NCBI RefSeq assembly: GCF_018350175.1
Contig: NC_058383.1
Span: 6,884,001 to 6,948,000 of the forward strand
Direction: 5' to 3'
Length of the DNA: 64,000 bases
Source: Felis catus
Lineage: Eukaryota
In this document: piece after piece, positions 24,218-38,216 of the stretch
Layout: every line of letters starts with the position of its first letter
How positions within the stretch are numbered: position 1 is the first letter of the stretch
The notes under the pieces: model-generated
Database searches by the model: none
What the model was told of the DNA's origin: nothing
What the model saw: only the letters and a program-made list of their open reading frames with translations
Program-made: the position numbers and the translations under genes

Positions 24218-26358
24218 GTGAGTAATCTGGAAACTTCCAGTGGATAGGCTTGTTATGATGAGGCCCTCACAGTGTAGACAGTCTCAGTCAAGAGCCCCTT
24301 GGGATGAAGCCCTCTCATTAAAACTCCTGAAACCTCCCCTTCCCAGGATTGCATGTGTGACAAGGTGGACAAGTCCAAATATGAATCGGGTCTGGAGAGC
24401 TGCAGGGTATCATTTATATTTTGGATTAATATGTGCTTTTGATAGAAGGGCTTTTGTAAACAGAGTGGAAAACCATTTCTGCTCAGCTCTTTTCTTACTC
24501 TGTCTGCAAGTGTGTAGTTTGTTTTGTTTTGTGTTTTAGTACTAAGCCAAGACTTTCCGATAGAACTATAGTCAAGTATTTCTTTTTCCAATTCTATAGA
24601 CTGGAAGAGATGTAGGAAATTTCCAAAGCACAGTATTTCCCTGGTGGGCTGATGGACTTGGGATTTTGTAGTATGGCCTTGGCGGCTTGCAGTGGATGCT
24701 CCCAATGAGGTTGGCTAGAGGTTTGCTGAAGCAGTGTGAGAGGTATAGTGTGGTGCTGGGCTGCTCACAGCCAGTGTTGTACCTCTTTATCTTCTCTGGT
24801 CAAGTCCTCAGAATCCATAGGGCTCTGCTGAGTTGGTGTGGCCCATAAGCAACATGAAGGAATAGAGAGAACACAGATCTCTGGATTGCCACTGGTTTAT
24901 TTTCAGTGTCCCTCCTACATTCAGTACTGGTCAGCTCTGGCTAGAGTCAGTAAATGGTTCTCATGCTTGGCTATGGATAAGGACCACCTAGGAGGGCTTG
25001 CTAAAAATGCATATTCTTGGTTTCCATCCTCCATTAACACAGAATTTGGAGGATGTGGGGTGGGTGCAAGAATCCAAATTTAACTGGTAGTAGAAGTCGT
25101 ATTAGGGCTGTGAGATCATGAAAAGAGAGGGTAACTCCAAACCACTGTCCCTTGTCCACGCTTGTCTTGTTTTAACAAACAAAGATGTAGGAAATCACCC
25201 AAGAAAGATGATCAGGTTGATGGGAATGCTGACCTAAGTGCCACTTCAGTAACTACTATCACTGCTTCAACACGAAGTATACTCGACTCACACTGAAACC
25301 TTCTGAGTTTTAGAATACTTTTTGCAGATGGGGAGCATTTAGTGCAGTGGTTCTCCTCCATTTTTATATCTGATCACAAAGCATTTGAAGTTACTCTGTG
25401 ACATCAAAGGAAGAATAGGGGACTTATGGAATATCTTCCATTTTGTTCTAACAAATGCAAATGATTTGTAGTAGAAAACACGATGCCAGAGAATGCTGTA
25501 ATTAAGTGTAATCTAAAACTCATGCCAGTGGCTGGTTCCCATTAATGGGTCATACGGACAGTCAGGAGGTCAGGATCACATATAAGGAGTCAGCTTTGTG
25601 TGATACATGTGTCACAAGTGGACTTGTCCTGCTACTAAGGGTTGTCACCTATATGGAGCCCAAGGGATTCACACTTGGGACCCACCTATAAAAATAAATA
25701 TAAGTAATAAAGGAAAATATATCTAAAATGAATTTACATGTTGCTTGTGTTTCTTTATCCTCTTTGTTTTTTGTTTCAAATTTTTCTGAGTTAATGCTAC
25801 CAAGGATTTCTCTTTAATATTTAAATAATATTTCCTTTAAAATGTAACTAGGAAGCATATTTTAGAAAATAGAGCAAAGAAGTAATTCATAATTTTGCCA
25901 TCCCTTTTTGAGCATTCCAAGTCTCTTCATTTGCAGACATATCTTACATATTTGTGATCATTGTGTCTACAATTTTCATCTAATATTATGTCATGTTCAT
26001 TTCATGTATTGATATATCTTCAAAATTATAATTTTCAGTGACTGAGTGGGTGGATTCTCCTTCATTATTTTTTCGTTCTTAGATAATTTACTTGCCCCCA
26101 GTTATTTACTAACCTAACTTCTTCTTTGATAATATATATAAAATATTTGAAATGTTTGAAGTACTTCTAAAATATTTGAAATAGTTTTACCATACAAAAA
26201 ATTATAGAGAATAGTCCCAGAAATACCCATGTAAACACATGGACTTAATAAAGGTTCTAATGTTATTTCTGACTGTGGAATGGATTAGGTAACATCAGGT
26301 TAAAAGTCTGGACTTCCAAGAGTGGCTGCCACTGCAGAAACTGGCACGTTAAATTTAA

Positions 26359-26499
<141 letters not shown>

Positions 26500-26519
26500 T
26501 AAATTTACATAGTTATTTA

Positions 26520-26710
26520 TAAAGCTTTTATTTCAAAATAATAATGGATTTACTGGAAATTGTCCCAGGAGGTGTCATGTCATGTGACCTTCAAGCTGTT
26601 TTCTCTAAGACAGTATCTTGCTTAACTATATAGGACAGTATCAAAGCAGAATTTGTCATTGGTTCTAGCCACAGAGCTTATTCAGATTCCAGCAGTTTTA
26701 TGTTTACCCA

Positions 26711-26754
<44 letters not shown>

Positions 26755-27261
26755 GCTGTCTGAACATTTATCTTACTTGTAGATTAGTGTATCTACCACC
26801 ACAATCACGTTACAGAGCTGTTCCATCACCAAAAGCCTCCCTCTTACTATTCTTTTGTAGGCACGGTGTGTAGCTTGTCTATTTGTTGTATCAGGGTCTT
26901 CAGCAGAGCAAACTTTATTTTTTATTTTCATAAGGCCAGTTTATTCGTTTTTTCCTTTTATGGGTTATGACTTTGGCATCAAGTTTGAAAACTCTTCACC
27001 TAGCCCTAAGTCGCAAAGATTTTCTCCAAGTATTTAGTTTTATGTTTTACATTTAAGTATATAGTTTTGTATAGTTTTGTGTTTTACATTTAAGTCTGTG
27101 ATCTGTTTTGTGTTAATTTTAGTGTTAATTGTGAGGTGTGAAGTTTAGGTCAAAGATCTTTGTTTTTAGCCCTTGAATGTCTAATGGCTCCAGCACCAGT
27201 GTGAAAAGGCTGTACTTCCTCCACTGAATTGCTTTTGTACCAATACCAAATTCAATGGTGC

Positions 27262-27301
<40 letters not shown>

Positions 27302-29889
27302 CTCATTCCCAGTTCTGTTCTTTGATCCTTGAATCTATCCCTGCACCGGTGCCAGGCTGTCCTGATTACTGTAGCCATATAGTACCTCTAAACATATGTC
27401 CAGTGATTCCTCCCATTTTATTTTTGTTAGAATTGTGTTATTCCAGTGCCTTTGCCTTACAGTACAAATTTATAACTAGCTTATCTATGTTTATATAATA
27501 TTTTCCAAGGCTTTGGAAGACATGATTTAATCCTATCAATCAATTTGTGGAAAATCTGTATCTTTACCTCGTCATGTCTCTCAATGTATGAACACAGTGT
27601 GTGTTTATTTAGGTTTTCTCTTATTCTTTTCACCAACATTTTGTCCTCTGCATAGAGATCTCATACACGTTTTGTTAAATGTGCACCTAAAGTATTTTGC
27701 CTTCTTTGAGTGTTTATAATTGTTGTGTTTTTAATGGGTTTTGACATATTCTTGTTATTATATAGAAATGTGATTGGTTTTTGTGTTGATTTTGTTTCCT
27801 ACAACCCAGCTTAGTTCATTTATTTGATGCAGTGGTCTTTTTTTCCTAAAGTTTATTTATTTTGGGAGAGATAGAGAGAATCCCAAGCAGGCTCTGCAAT
27901 CTCAGCCCAGAGCCCAATGTGGGGCTCCAGTTCATGAACTGTGAGATCATGACCTGAGCCAAAATCCAGATCTGGACACTTAACCAACTGAACTACCCAG
28001 GTACCTTGAGGGCTCTTTTTTTTATATTCCTCAATATTTTCTACATTGACAATTATGTCACTTGAAATAAGGACACTCTGATGTTTATTTTTCCAATCTG
28101 TATGCCTTTTATTTCCTTGCTTTGTCTTATTGCATTAGCTAGGATTTCTACTACAATGTTGAATAAGAGTGGTGAGAGTGAACATTTTTGCCTTGTTCCT
28201 CATGTTAGGAGGAAATATTCAGTCTTTTTCCACTTAAAAATTCATATATATATATTTACAATGAAACTGTATATGTTTGTGATGTTTTGATTTACGTATT
28301 ATTATGAAATGAGTGTGACAAGTGAATTAATGTAACCATCACCACCCAGAGTTATTTTGTGTGTGTGTTAAGAACATGGAAGATGTATTTTTTTTTTTTA
28401 GCAAATTTCAGGTATACAGTACAATGTTAATAATTATAATCACCATGCAGTATATTCAGTCTCTAGAACTTAGTCATCTTATAACCAAAAGTTTACATTG
28501 TTTGATTAGTATCTGTCCCTTGCCCTCTGACCCAGCCTCTGATAATTATCACCTACCCACTATACTGAGCTTGACTTTATTTTTCTAGATTCCACTTATA
28601 AGTGGGATCATGAGATACCTGTCCTTCTGTGTCTAGTTTTGTTCCCTTAGTATCTTGCCCATGCTGTCCAGATTCATCCATCCTATTGGAAATGGCAGGA
28701 TTTCCTTCCTTTTTAAGGCTAAGTAATATTCCATTTTCTTTATCCATTCATCTGTCCATTTACACTTAAAGTAATTTTTTTTAACTTAAAGTAATTATTG
28801 ATAGGTTAGGACTTACTGTTGTCATTTCAGCAGTCCAGATGTTTCATAGATCATTGTTCCTTTCTCCTGTCTTCCTTTATGATTTTATGTTGCTTTTTTT
28901 TTTAATAGTGGTATGCCTCTATTTTTCCTCTTTATCTTTTCTGTGTCTACTCTAGGTTTTTGCTTACAAAAAACATCTACTCTAGGAGGTCTACATAAAA
29001 CATCTTATAGATACAGCAGTCTATTTTAAGCTAATATGAACTTAACTTTGTTCACATTAAAAACTCAATGTTTTTACTCCTCCACCACCAATTTTATGTT
29101 TTTGATGTAACAATTTACATATTTTTATATTGTGTATTTAACAAATTAACAAATTATTATTTTAATTATTTGTCTCTTAACCTTTCACTAGAGTTATAAT
29201 GATTTGGCTATCACCAGTACAATATCACTGTGTTCTGAATTTAACTATATATTTACATTTACCAGTGAGGTTTTAAACTTTCATGTGATTTCATGTTACT
29301 AGTAAGTGTCCTTTTTTTTCAACTTGAAGAACTCCCTTTAGTCTTTCTTATAATGCAGATTTAGTGGTGATGAATTCTTTCCACTTTTGATGCTCTGGAA
29401 ATATCCTTATCTCTCATTTCTTTTTTTTAAGTTTATTTTAATTTATTTTGAGAGAGAGAGTAAGCAGGAGAGGGGCAGAGAGGGGTAGAGAGAGAATCTG
29501 AAGCAGGCTCCATGCTAATAGTCCAAAACCTGATGCTAGGCTTGATCACACTAATCGTGAGATTGTGACCTGAGCCAAAATCAAGACACTTAACCAACAG
29601 ATCCACCCAGGCACCCCAAATTCTCTCTCTTCAGAAGGTCTTCTTTTCTGGGTAAGTATTCTTGGTTGGTATTTTTTTTTCAACACTTTGAATAAATCAC
29701 ACACTAACTTCTGGCTCTCAAGATTTCTGCTGAGGAATCAGCTGATAGCCTCATGGATGTCCCCTTGTATGTGATGAGCTCTGTTTCTCCTGATGCTTTC
29801 AAGATTTTTCTAGTTTTTAATTTTTGACAGTTTTATTATAATGTGCCTTGGTGAAGTCTATTTTGGATTCAATCTTATAGGGGACTTTT
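26520..29889 (-). mobile_element. Old L1M fragments (several nested pieces) with SINEs at ~27838-28006 and ~29420-29617 and (TG)n tracts
   Basis: Decayed ORF2 and ORF1-region similarity; continues at 37770 after the young L1. Confidence 0.7.
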
Positions 29890-32164
29890 ACGCTTCATGT
29901 CTTTTTTTTTTTTAATTAATTTTTTTAATCTTTTTTTTTAATATATGAAATTTATTGTCAAATTGGTTTCCATACAACACCCAGTGCTCATCCCAAAAGG
30001 TGCCCTCCTCTATACCCATCACCCACCCTCCCCTCCCTCCCACCCCCCATCAACCCTCAGTTTGTTCTCCGTTTTTAACAGTCTCTTATGTTTTGGCTCT
30101 CTCCCACTCTAACCTTTTTTTTTTTTTTCTTCCCTTCCCCCATGGGTTTCTGTTAAGTTTCTTAGGATCCACATAAGAGTGAAACCATATGGTATCTGTC
30201 TTTCTCTGTATGGCTTATTTCACTTAGCATCACACTCTCCAGTTCCATACACGTTGCTACAAAAGGCCATATTTCATTCTTTCTCATTGCCACGTAGTAT
30301 TCCATTGTGTATATAAACGACAATTTCTTTATCCATTCATCAGTTGATGGACATTTAGGCTCTTTCCATAATTTGGCTATTGTTGAGAGTGCTGCTATAA
30401 ACATTGAGGTACAAGTGCCCCTATGCATCAGTACTCCTGTATCCCTTGGATAAATTCCTAGCAGTGCTATTGCTGGGTCATAGGGTAGGTCTATTTTTAA
30501 TTTTTTGAGGAACCTCCACACTGCTTTCCAGAGCGGCTGCACCAATTTGCATTCCCACCAACAGTGCAAGAGGGTTCCCATTTCTCCACATCCTCTCCAG
30601 CATCTATAGTCTCCTGATTTGTTCATTTTGGCCACTCTGACTGGCGTGAGGTGATATCTGAGTGTGGTTTTGATTTGTATTTCCCTGATGAGGAGCGATG
30701 TTGAGCATCTTTTCATGCGTCTGTTGGCCATCCGGATGTCTTCTTTAGAGAAGTGTCTATTCATGTTTTCTGCCCATTTCTTCACTGGGTTATTTGTTTT
30801 TCAGGTGTGGAGTTTGGTGAACTCTTTATAGATTTTGGATACTAGCCCTTTGTCCGATATGTCATTTGTAAATATCTATTTCCATTCCATTGGTTGCCTT
30901 CTAGTTTTGTTGGTTGTTTCCTTTGCTGTGCAGAAGCTTTTTATCTTCATAAGGTCCCAGTAGTTCATTTTTGCTTTTAATTCCCTTGCCTTTGGGGATG
31001 TGTCGAGTAAGAGATTGCTACGGCTGAGGTCAGAGAGGTCTTTTCCTGCTTTCTCCTCTGGGGTTTTGATGGTTTCCTGTCTCACATTTAGGTCCTTTAT
31101 CCATTTTGAGTTTATTTTTGTGAATGGTGTGAGAAAGTGGTCTAGTTTCAACCTTCTGCATGTTGCTGTCCAGTTCTCCCAGCACCATTTGTTAAAGAGG
31201 CTGTCTTTTTTCCATTGGATGTTCTTTCCTGCTTTGTCAAAGATGAGTTGGCCATACGTTTGTGGGTCTAGTTCTGGGGTTTCTATTCTATTCCATTGGT
31301 CTATGTGTCTGTTTTTGTGCCAATACCATGCTGTCTTGATGATGACAGCTTTGTAGTAGAGGCTAAAGTCTGGGATTGTGATGCCTCCTGCTTTGGTCTT
31401 CTTCTTCCAAATTACTTTGGCTATTCGGGGCCTTTTGTGGTTCCATCTGAATTTTAGGATTGCTTGTTCTAGTTTCGAGAAGAATGCTGGTGCAATTTTG
31501 ATTGGGATTGCATTGAATGTGTAGATAACTTTGGGTAGTATTGACATTTTGACAATATTTATTCTTCCAATCCATGAGCAGGGAATGTCTTTCCATTTCT
31601 TTAAATCTTCTTCAATTACCTTCATAAGCTTTCTATAGTTTTCAGCATACAGATCTTTTACATCTTTGGTTAGATTTATTCCTAGGTATTTTATGCTTCT
31701 TGGTGCAATTGTGAATGGGATCAGTTTCTTTGTCTTTCTGTTGCTTCATTGTTAGTGTATAAGAATGCAACTGATTTCTGTACATTGATTTTGTATCCTG
31801 CAACTTTGCTGAATTCATGTATCAGTTCTAGCAGACTTTTGGTGGAGTCTGTCGGATTTTCCATATATAATATCATGTCATCTGCAAAAAGTGAAAGCTT
31901 GACTTCATCTTTGCCAATTTTGATGCCTTTGATTTCCTTTTGTTGTCTGATTGCTGATGCTAGAACTTCCAACACTATGTTAAACAACAGCAGTGAGAGT
32001 GGACATCCCTGTCGTGTTCCTGATCTCAGGGGAAAAGCTCTCAGTTTTTCCCCGTTGAGGATGATGTTAGCTGTGGGCTTCTCATAAATGGCTTTTATGA
32101 TGTTTAAGTATGTTCCTTCTACCCCGACTTTCTCAAGGGTTTTTATTAAGAAAGGGTGCTGGAT

Positions 32165-32394
32165 GGAGCGCCTGGGTGGCGCAGTCGGTTAAGCGTCCAA
32201 CTTCAGCCAGGTCACGATCTCGCGGCCCGTGAGTTCGAGCCCCGCGTCGGGCTCTGGGCTGATGGCTCGGAGCCTGGAGCCTGTTTCCGATTCTGTGTCT
32301 CCCTCTTTCTCTGCCCCTACCCCGTTCATGCTCTGTCTCTCTCTGTCCCAAAAATAAATAAAAACGTTGAAAAAAAAAGTTAAAAAAAAAAAAA
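32165..32394 (+). mobile_element. Young SINEC_Fc-type SINE inside L1 ORF2
   Basis: CpG-rich; TSD aagaaagggtgctggat at 32148 and 32395. Confidence 0.96.
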
Positions 32395-33986
32395 AAGAAA
32401 GGGTGCTGGATTTTGTCAAAGGCCTTTTCTGCATCGATTGACAGGATCATATGGTTCTTCTCTCTTTTTTTGTTAATGTGATGTATCACGTTGATTGATT
32501 TGCGAATGTTGAACCAGCCCTGCATCCCAGGAATGAATCCCACTTGATCATGGTGAATAATTCTTTTTATATGCCGTTGAATTCGATTTGCTAGTGTCTT
32601 ATTGAGAATTTCTGCATCCATATTCATCAGGGATATTGGCCTGTAGTTCTCTTTTTTTACTGGGTCTCTGTCTGGTTTAGGAATCAAAGTAATTCTGCCT
32701 TCATAGAATGAGTCTGGAAGTTTTCCTTCCCTTTCTATTTCTTGGAATAGCTTGAGAAGGATAGGTATTATCTCTGCTTTAAATGTCTGGTAGAATTCCC
32801 CATGGAAGCCATCTGGTCCCGGACTCTTATTTGTTGGGAGATTTTTGATAACTGATTCAATTTCTTCGCTGGTTATGGGTCTGTTCAAGCTTTCTATTTC
32901 CTCCTGATTGAGTTTTGGAAGAGTGTGGGTGTTTAGGAATTTGTCCATTTCTTCCAGGTTGTTGAATTTGTTGGCATATAATTTTTCATAGTATTCCCTG
33001 ATAATTGTTTGTATCTCTGAGGGATTGGTTGTAATAATTCCATTTTCATTCATGATTTTATCTATTTGGGTCATCTCCCTTTTCTTTTTGAGAAGCATGG
33101 CTAGAGGTTTATCAATTTTGTTTATTTTTTCAAAAAACCAACTCTTGGTTTCGTTGATCTGCTCTACCGTTTTTTTAGATTCTATATTGTTTATTTCTGC
33201 TCTGATCTTTATTATTTCTCTTCTTCTGCTGGGTTTAGGCTGTATTTGCTGTTCTGCTTCTATTTCCTTTAGGTGTGCTGTTAGATTTTGTATTTGGGAT
33301 TTTTCTTGTTTCTTGAGATAGGCCTGGATTGCGATGTATTTTCCTCTCAGGACTGCCTTCACTGCATCCCAAAGCGTTTGGATTGTTGTATTTTCATTTT
33401 TGTTTGTTTCCATATATTTTTTAATGTCTTCTCTAATTGCCTGGTTGACCCACTCATTCTTTAGTAGGGTGTTCTTTAACCTCCATGCTTTTGGAGGTTT
33501 TCCAGACTTTTTCCTGTCGTTGATTTCAAGCTTCGTAACATTGTGGTCTGAAAGTATGCATGGTATGATCTCAATTCTTGTATACTTATGAAGGGCTGTT
33601 TTGTGACCCAGTATATGATCTATCTTGGAGAATGTTCCATGTGCTCTCGAGAAGAAAGTATATTCTGTTGCTTTGGGATGCAGAGTTCCAAATATATCTG
33701 TCAAGTCCATCTGATCCAATGTATCATTCAGGGCCCTTGTTTATTGACCGTGTGTTTAGATTATCCATTTCTGTTAGTGGGGTGTTAAAGTCCCCTGCAA
33801 TTACCACATTCTTATCAATAAGGTTGCTTATGTTTATGAGTAATTGTTTTATATATTTGGGGGCTCTGGTATTCGGCGCATAGACATTTATAATTTTAGC
33901 TCTTCCTGATGGATAGACCCTGTAATTATTATATAATGCCCTTCTTCATCTCTTGTTACAGTCTTTAATTTAAAGTCTAGTTTTCT

Positions 33987-34222
33987 TGGGGTGCCTGGGT
34001 GGCGCAGTCGGTTAAGCGTCCGACTTCAGCCAGGTCACGATCTTGTGGTCCGTGAGTTCGAGCCCCGCATCAGGCTCTGGGCTGATGGCTCGGAGCCTGG
34101 AGCCTGTTTCCGATACTGTGTCTCCCTCTCTCTCTGCCCCTCCCCCGTTCATGCTCTGTCTCTCTCTGTCCCAAAAATAAATAAAAAACGTTGAAAAAAA
34201 ATTTAAAAAAAAAATAAAAAAA
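33987..34222 (+). mobile_element. Young SINEC_Fc-type SINE inside L1 endonuclease region
   Basis: TSD taaagtctagttt. Confidence 0.95.
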
Positions 34223-34748
34223 TAAAGTCTAGTTTGTCTGATATAAGTATGGCTACTCCAGCTTTCTTTTGGCTTCCAGTAGCATGATAAATAGTTCTCC
34301 ATCCCCTCACTCTCAATCTAAAGGTGTCCTCAGATCTAAAATGAGTCTCTTGTAGGTAGCAAATAGATGGGTCTTGTTTTTTTTATCCATTCTGATACCC
34401 TATGTCTTTTGGTTGCGCATTTAATCCATTTACATTCAGTGTTATTATAGAAAGATACGGGTTTAGAGTCATTGTGATGTCTGTATGTTTTATGCTTGTA
34501 GTGATGTCTCTTGTACTTTGTCTCACAGGATCCCCCTTAGGACCTCTTGTAGGGCTGGTTTAGTGGTGACAAATTCCTTCAGTTTTTGTTTGTTTGGGAA
34601 GACCTTTATCTCTCCTTCTATTCTAAATGACAGACTTGCTGGATAAAGGATTCTCGGCTGCATATTTTTCCTGTTTAGCACACTGAAAATATCGTGCCAA
34701 TCCTTTCTGGCCTGCCAAGTTTCAAAAGAGAGATCAGTCACTAGTCTT

Positions 34749-36142
34749 TTTTTTTTTTTTTTATGAAATTTATTGACAAATTGGTTTCCATACAACACCC
34801 AGTGCTCATCCCAAAAGGTGGCCTCCTCAATACCCATCACCCACCCTCCCCTCCCTCCCACCCCCCATCAACCCTCAGTTTGTTCTCAGTTTTTAAGAGT
34901 CTCTTATGCTTTGGCTCTCTCCCACTCTAACCTGTTTTTTTTTTTTTCCTTCCCCTCCCCCATGGGTTTCTGTTAAGTTTCTCAGGATCCACATAAGAGT
35001 GAAACCATATGGTATCTGTCTTTCTCTGTATGGCTTATTTCACTTAGCATCACACTCTCCAGTTCCATCCACGTTGCTACAAAAGGCCATATTTCATTTT
35101 TTCTCATTGCCACGTAATATTCCATTGTGTATATAAACCACAATTTCTTTATCCATTCATCAGTTGATGGACATTTAGGCTCTTTCCATAATTTGGCTAT
35201 TGTTGAGAGTGCTGCTATGAACATTGGGGTACAAGTGCCCCTATGCATCAGTACTCCTGTATCCCTTGGGTAAATTCCTAGCAGTGCTACTGCTGGGTCA
35301 TAGGGTAGGTCTATTTTTAATTTTCTGAGGAACCTCCACACTGCTTTCCAGAGCGGCTGCACCAATTTGCATTCCCACCAACAGTGCAAGAGGGTTCCCC
35401 TTTCTCCACATCCTCTCCAGCATCTATAGTCTCCTGATTTGTTCATTTTGGCCACTCTGACTGGTGTGAGGTGATATCTGAGTGTGGTTTTGATTTGTAT
35501 TTCCCTGATAAGGAGCGACGCTGAACATCTTTTCATGTGCCTGTTGGCCATCCGGATGTCTTCTTTAGAGAAGTGTCTATTCATGTTTTCTGCCCATTTC
35601 TTCACTGGGTTATTTGTTTTTCGGGTGTGGAGTTTGGTGAGCTCTTTATAGATTTTGGATACTAGCCCTTTGTCCGATATGTCATGTGCGAATATCTTTT
35701 CCCATTCCGTTGGTTGCCTTTTAGTTTTGTTGGTTGTTTCCTTTGCTGTGCAGAAGCTTTTTATCTTCATAAGGTCCCAGTAATTCACTTTTGCTTTTAA
35801 TTCCCTTGCCTTTGGGGATGTGTCGAGTAAGAGATTGCTACGGCTGAGGTCAGAGAGGTCTTTTCCTGCTTTCTCCTCTGGGGTTTTGATGGTTTCCTGT
35901 CTCACATTCAGGTCCTTTATCCATTTTGAGTTTATTTTTGTGAATGGTGTGAGAAAGTGGTCTAGTTTCAACCTTCTGCATGTTGCTGTCCAGTTCTCCC
36001 AGCACCATTTGTTAAAGAGGCTGTCTTTTTTCCACTGGATGTTCTTTCCTGCTTTGTCAAAGATGAGTTGGCCATACGTTTGTGGGTCTAGTTCTGGGGT
36101 TTCTATTCTATTCCATTGGTCTATTTGTCTGTTTTTGTGCCA
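34749..36142 (-). mobile_element. Young 5'-truncated L1 (~1.4 kb) nested in ORF1 of the full-length L1
   Basis: Own poly(A); TSD cagtcac(t/g)agtctt at 34735 and 36143; open ORF2 C-terminus. Confidence 0.96.
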
Positions 36143-37769
36143 CAGTCACGAGTCTTATAGGTCTCCCTTTATATGTGATGGCACGTTTATCCCTTGCTGC
36201 TTTCAGAATTTTCTCTTTATCCTTGTATTTTGCCAGTTTCACTATGATATATTGTGCAGAAGATTGATTCAAGTTACGTCTGAAGGGAGTTCTTTGTGCC
36301 TCTTGGATTTCAATGCCTTTTTCCTTCCCCAGTTCAGGGAATTTCTCAGCTATAATTTCTTCAAGTACCCCTTCAGCACCTTTCCCTCTCTCTTCCTCCT
36401 CTGGGATACCAATTATGTGTATATTATTTCTTTTTAGTGTATCACTTAGTTCTCTAATTTTCCCCTCATACTCCTGGATTTTTTTTTATCTCTCTTTCTC
36501 TCAGCTTCCTCTTTTTCCATAACTTTATCTTCTAGTTCACCTATTCTCTCCTCTGCCTCTTCAATCCGAGCTGTCGTCGTTTCCATTTTGTTTTGCATTT
36601 CGTTTAAAGTGCTTTTCAGCCCCTCGTGACTATTCCTTAGACCCTTGATCTCTGTAGCAAGAGATTCTCTGCTGTCCTCTATACTGTTTTCAAGCCCAGC
36701 AATTAATTTTATGACTATTATTCTAAATTCACTTTCTGTTATATTATTTAAATCCTTTTTGATCAGTTCATTAGCTGTTGTTATTTCCTGGAGATTCTTC
36801 TGAGGGGAATTCTTCCGTTTGGTCATTTTGGATAGTCCCTGGAGTGGTGAGGACCTGCAGGGCACTTCCCCTGTGCTGTCTTGAATAACTGGAGTTGGTG
36901 GGCGGGGCCGCAGTCCGCCCTGATGTCTGCCCCCAGCCCACCGCTGGGGCCACAGTCAGACTGGTGTGTGCCTTGTCTTCCCCTCTCCTAGGGGCGGGAT
37001 TCACTGTGGGGTGGCGTGGCCTGTCTGGGCTACTTGCACACTGCCAGGCTTGTGGTGCTGGGGATCTGGCGTATTAGCTGGGGTGGGTAGGCAAGGTGCA
37101 CGGGGGCGGGAGGGGCAGGCTTAGCTCGCTTCTCCTTAGGTGATCCACTTCAGGAGGGGCCCTGTGGCAGCGGGAGGGAGTCAGATCCGCTGCCGCTGCC
37201 GGAGGTTTGGCTCCGCAGAAGCACAGAGTTGGGTGTTTGCGCGGAGCCAGCAAGTTCCCTGGCAGGAACTGGTTCCTTTTGGGATTTTGGCTGGGGGATG
37301 GGCGGGGGAGATGGCGCTGGCGAGCGCCTTTGTTCCCCACCAAACTGAGCTCTGTCGTCAGGGGGCTCAGCAGCTCTCCCTCCCTTTGTCCTCCAGCCTT
37401 CCCGCTTTCTGAGCAGAGCTGTTAACTTATGACCTCCCAGAGGCTAAGTCGCGCTTGCTGTCAGAACACACTCCGTCCGTCCGGCCCCTCCGCTTTTGCC
37501 AGCCAGACTCGGGGTCTCTGCTTGGCCGGCGAGCCGCCCCTCCACCCCGGCTCCCTCCCGCCAGGCACCGCCTCGCCGCCCTTCCTACCCTCTTCCGTGG
37601 GCCTCTCGTCTGCGCTTGGCTCTGGCGACTCCGTTCTGCTAATCCTCTGGCGGTTTTCTGGGTTATTTAGGCAGGTGTAGGTGGAATCTAAGTGATCAGC
37701 AGGACGCGCAGTGAGCCCAGCGTCCTCCTATGCCGCCATCTTCTTCCCAAGCTCCACGCTTCATGTCTT

Positions 37770-38184
37770 AAGATCTCCATATATTTCCCTGGGTTTGGGA
37801 AGTTTTCAGCCATTGTTTCTTTAAAACAATTTTTTTTTAAAAAACATTTATTCATTTTTGAGAGACAGAGAGAGACAGCACGAGCAGGGAAGGGGCAGAA
37901 AGAGTGAGACACAGAATCTAAAGGAGGCTCTAGACTCTGAGCTGTCAGCACAGAGCCCAACGCAGGGCTCGAACCCACGGACCGCGAGACCATGACCTGA
38001 GAGAAGTCGGATGCTCAACCGACCGAGCAATCCAGGCGCCCCTAGCCATTGTTTCTTTAAGTAAGCATTCTTCCCACTTTTTCCTTCTACCCCTGAGTCT
38101 TCCATATGTGAATATTGTTTCACTTGATGGTGTCCTATAAGTCCTGTAGGCTTTTTTCCCCCAGTTATTTTCTTTTCTTCTTCT

Positions 38185-38216
<32 letters not shown>

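Larger units (their letters stand above)
29904..37755 (-). mobile_element. Full-length felid LINE-1 in intron 4, inactivated; CpG-rich 5'UTR 37755-36827, ORF1 36826-34523 (interrupted), ORF2 34472-30162 (interrupted)
   Basis: TSD acgcttcatgtctt at 29890 and 37756; ORF1 MTKRKNSPQKNLQ...; ORF2 endonuclease, RT (LFADDMILY) and C-terminal Cys-rich domains; frameshifts and three nested insertions. Confidence 0.97.

Noticed and set aside
30162..35971. Long ORFs of 207-528 aa on the minus strand
   Set aside because: Fragments of L1 ORF2 broken by frameshifts and SINEs; not host genes and not a retrotransposition-competent element
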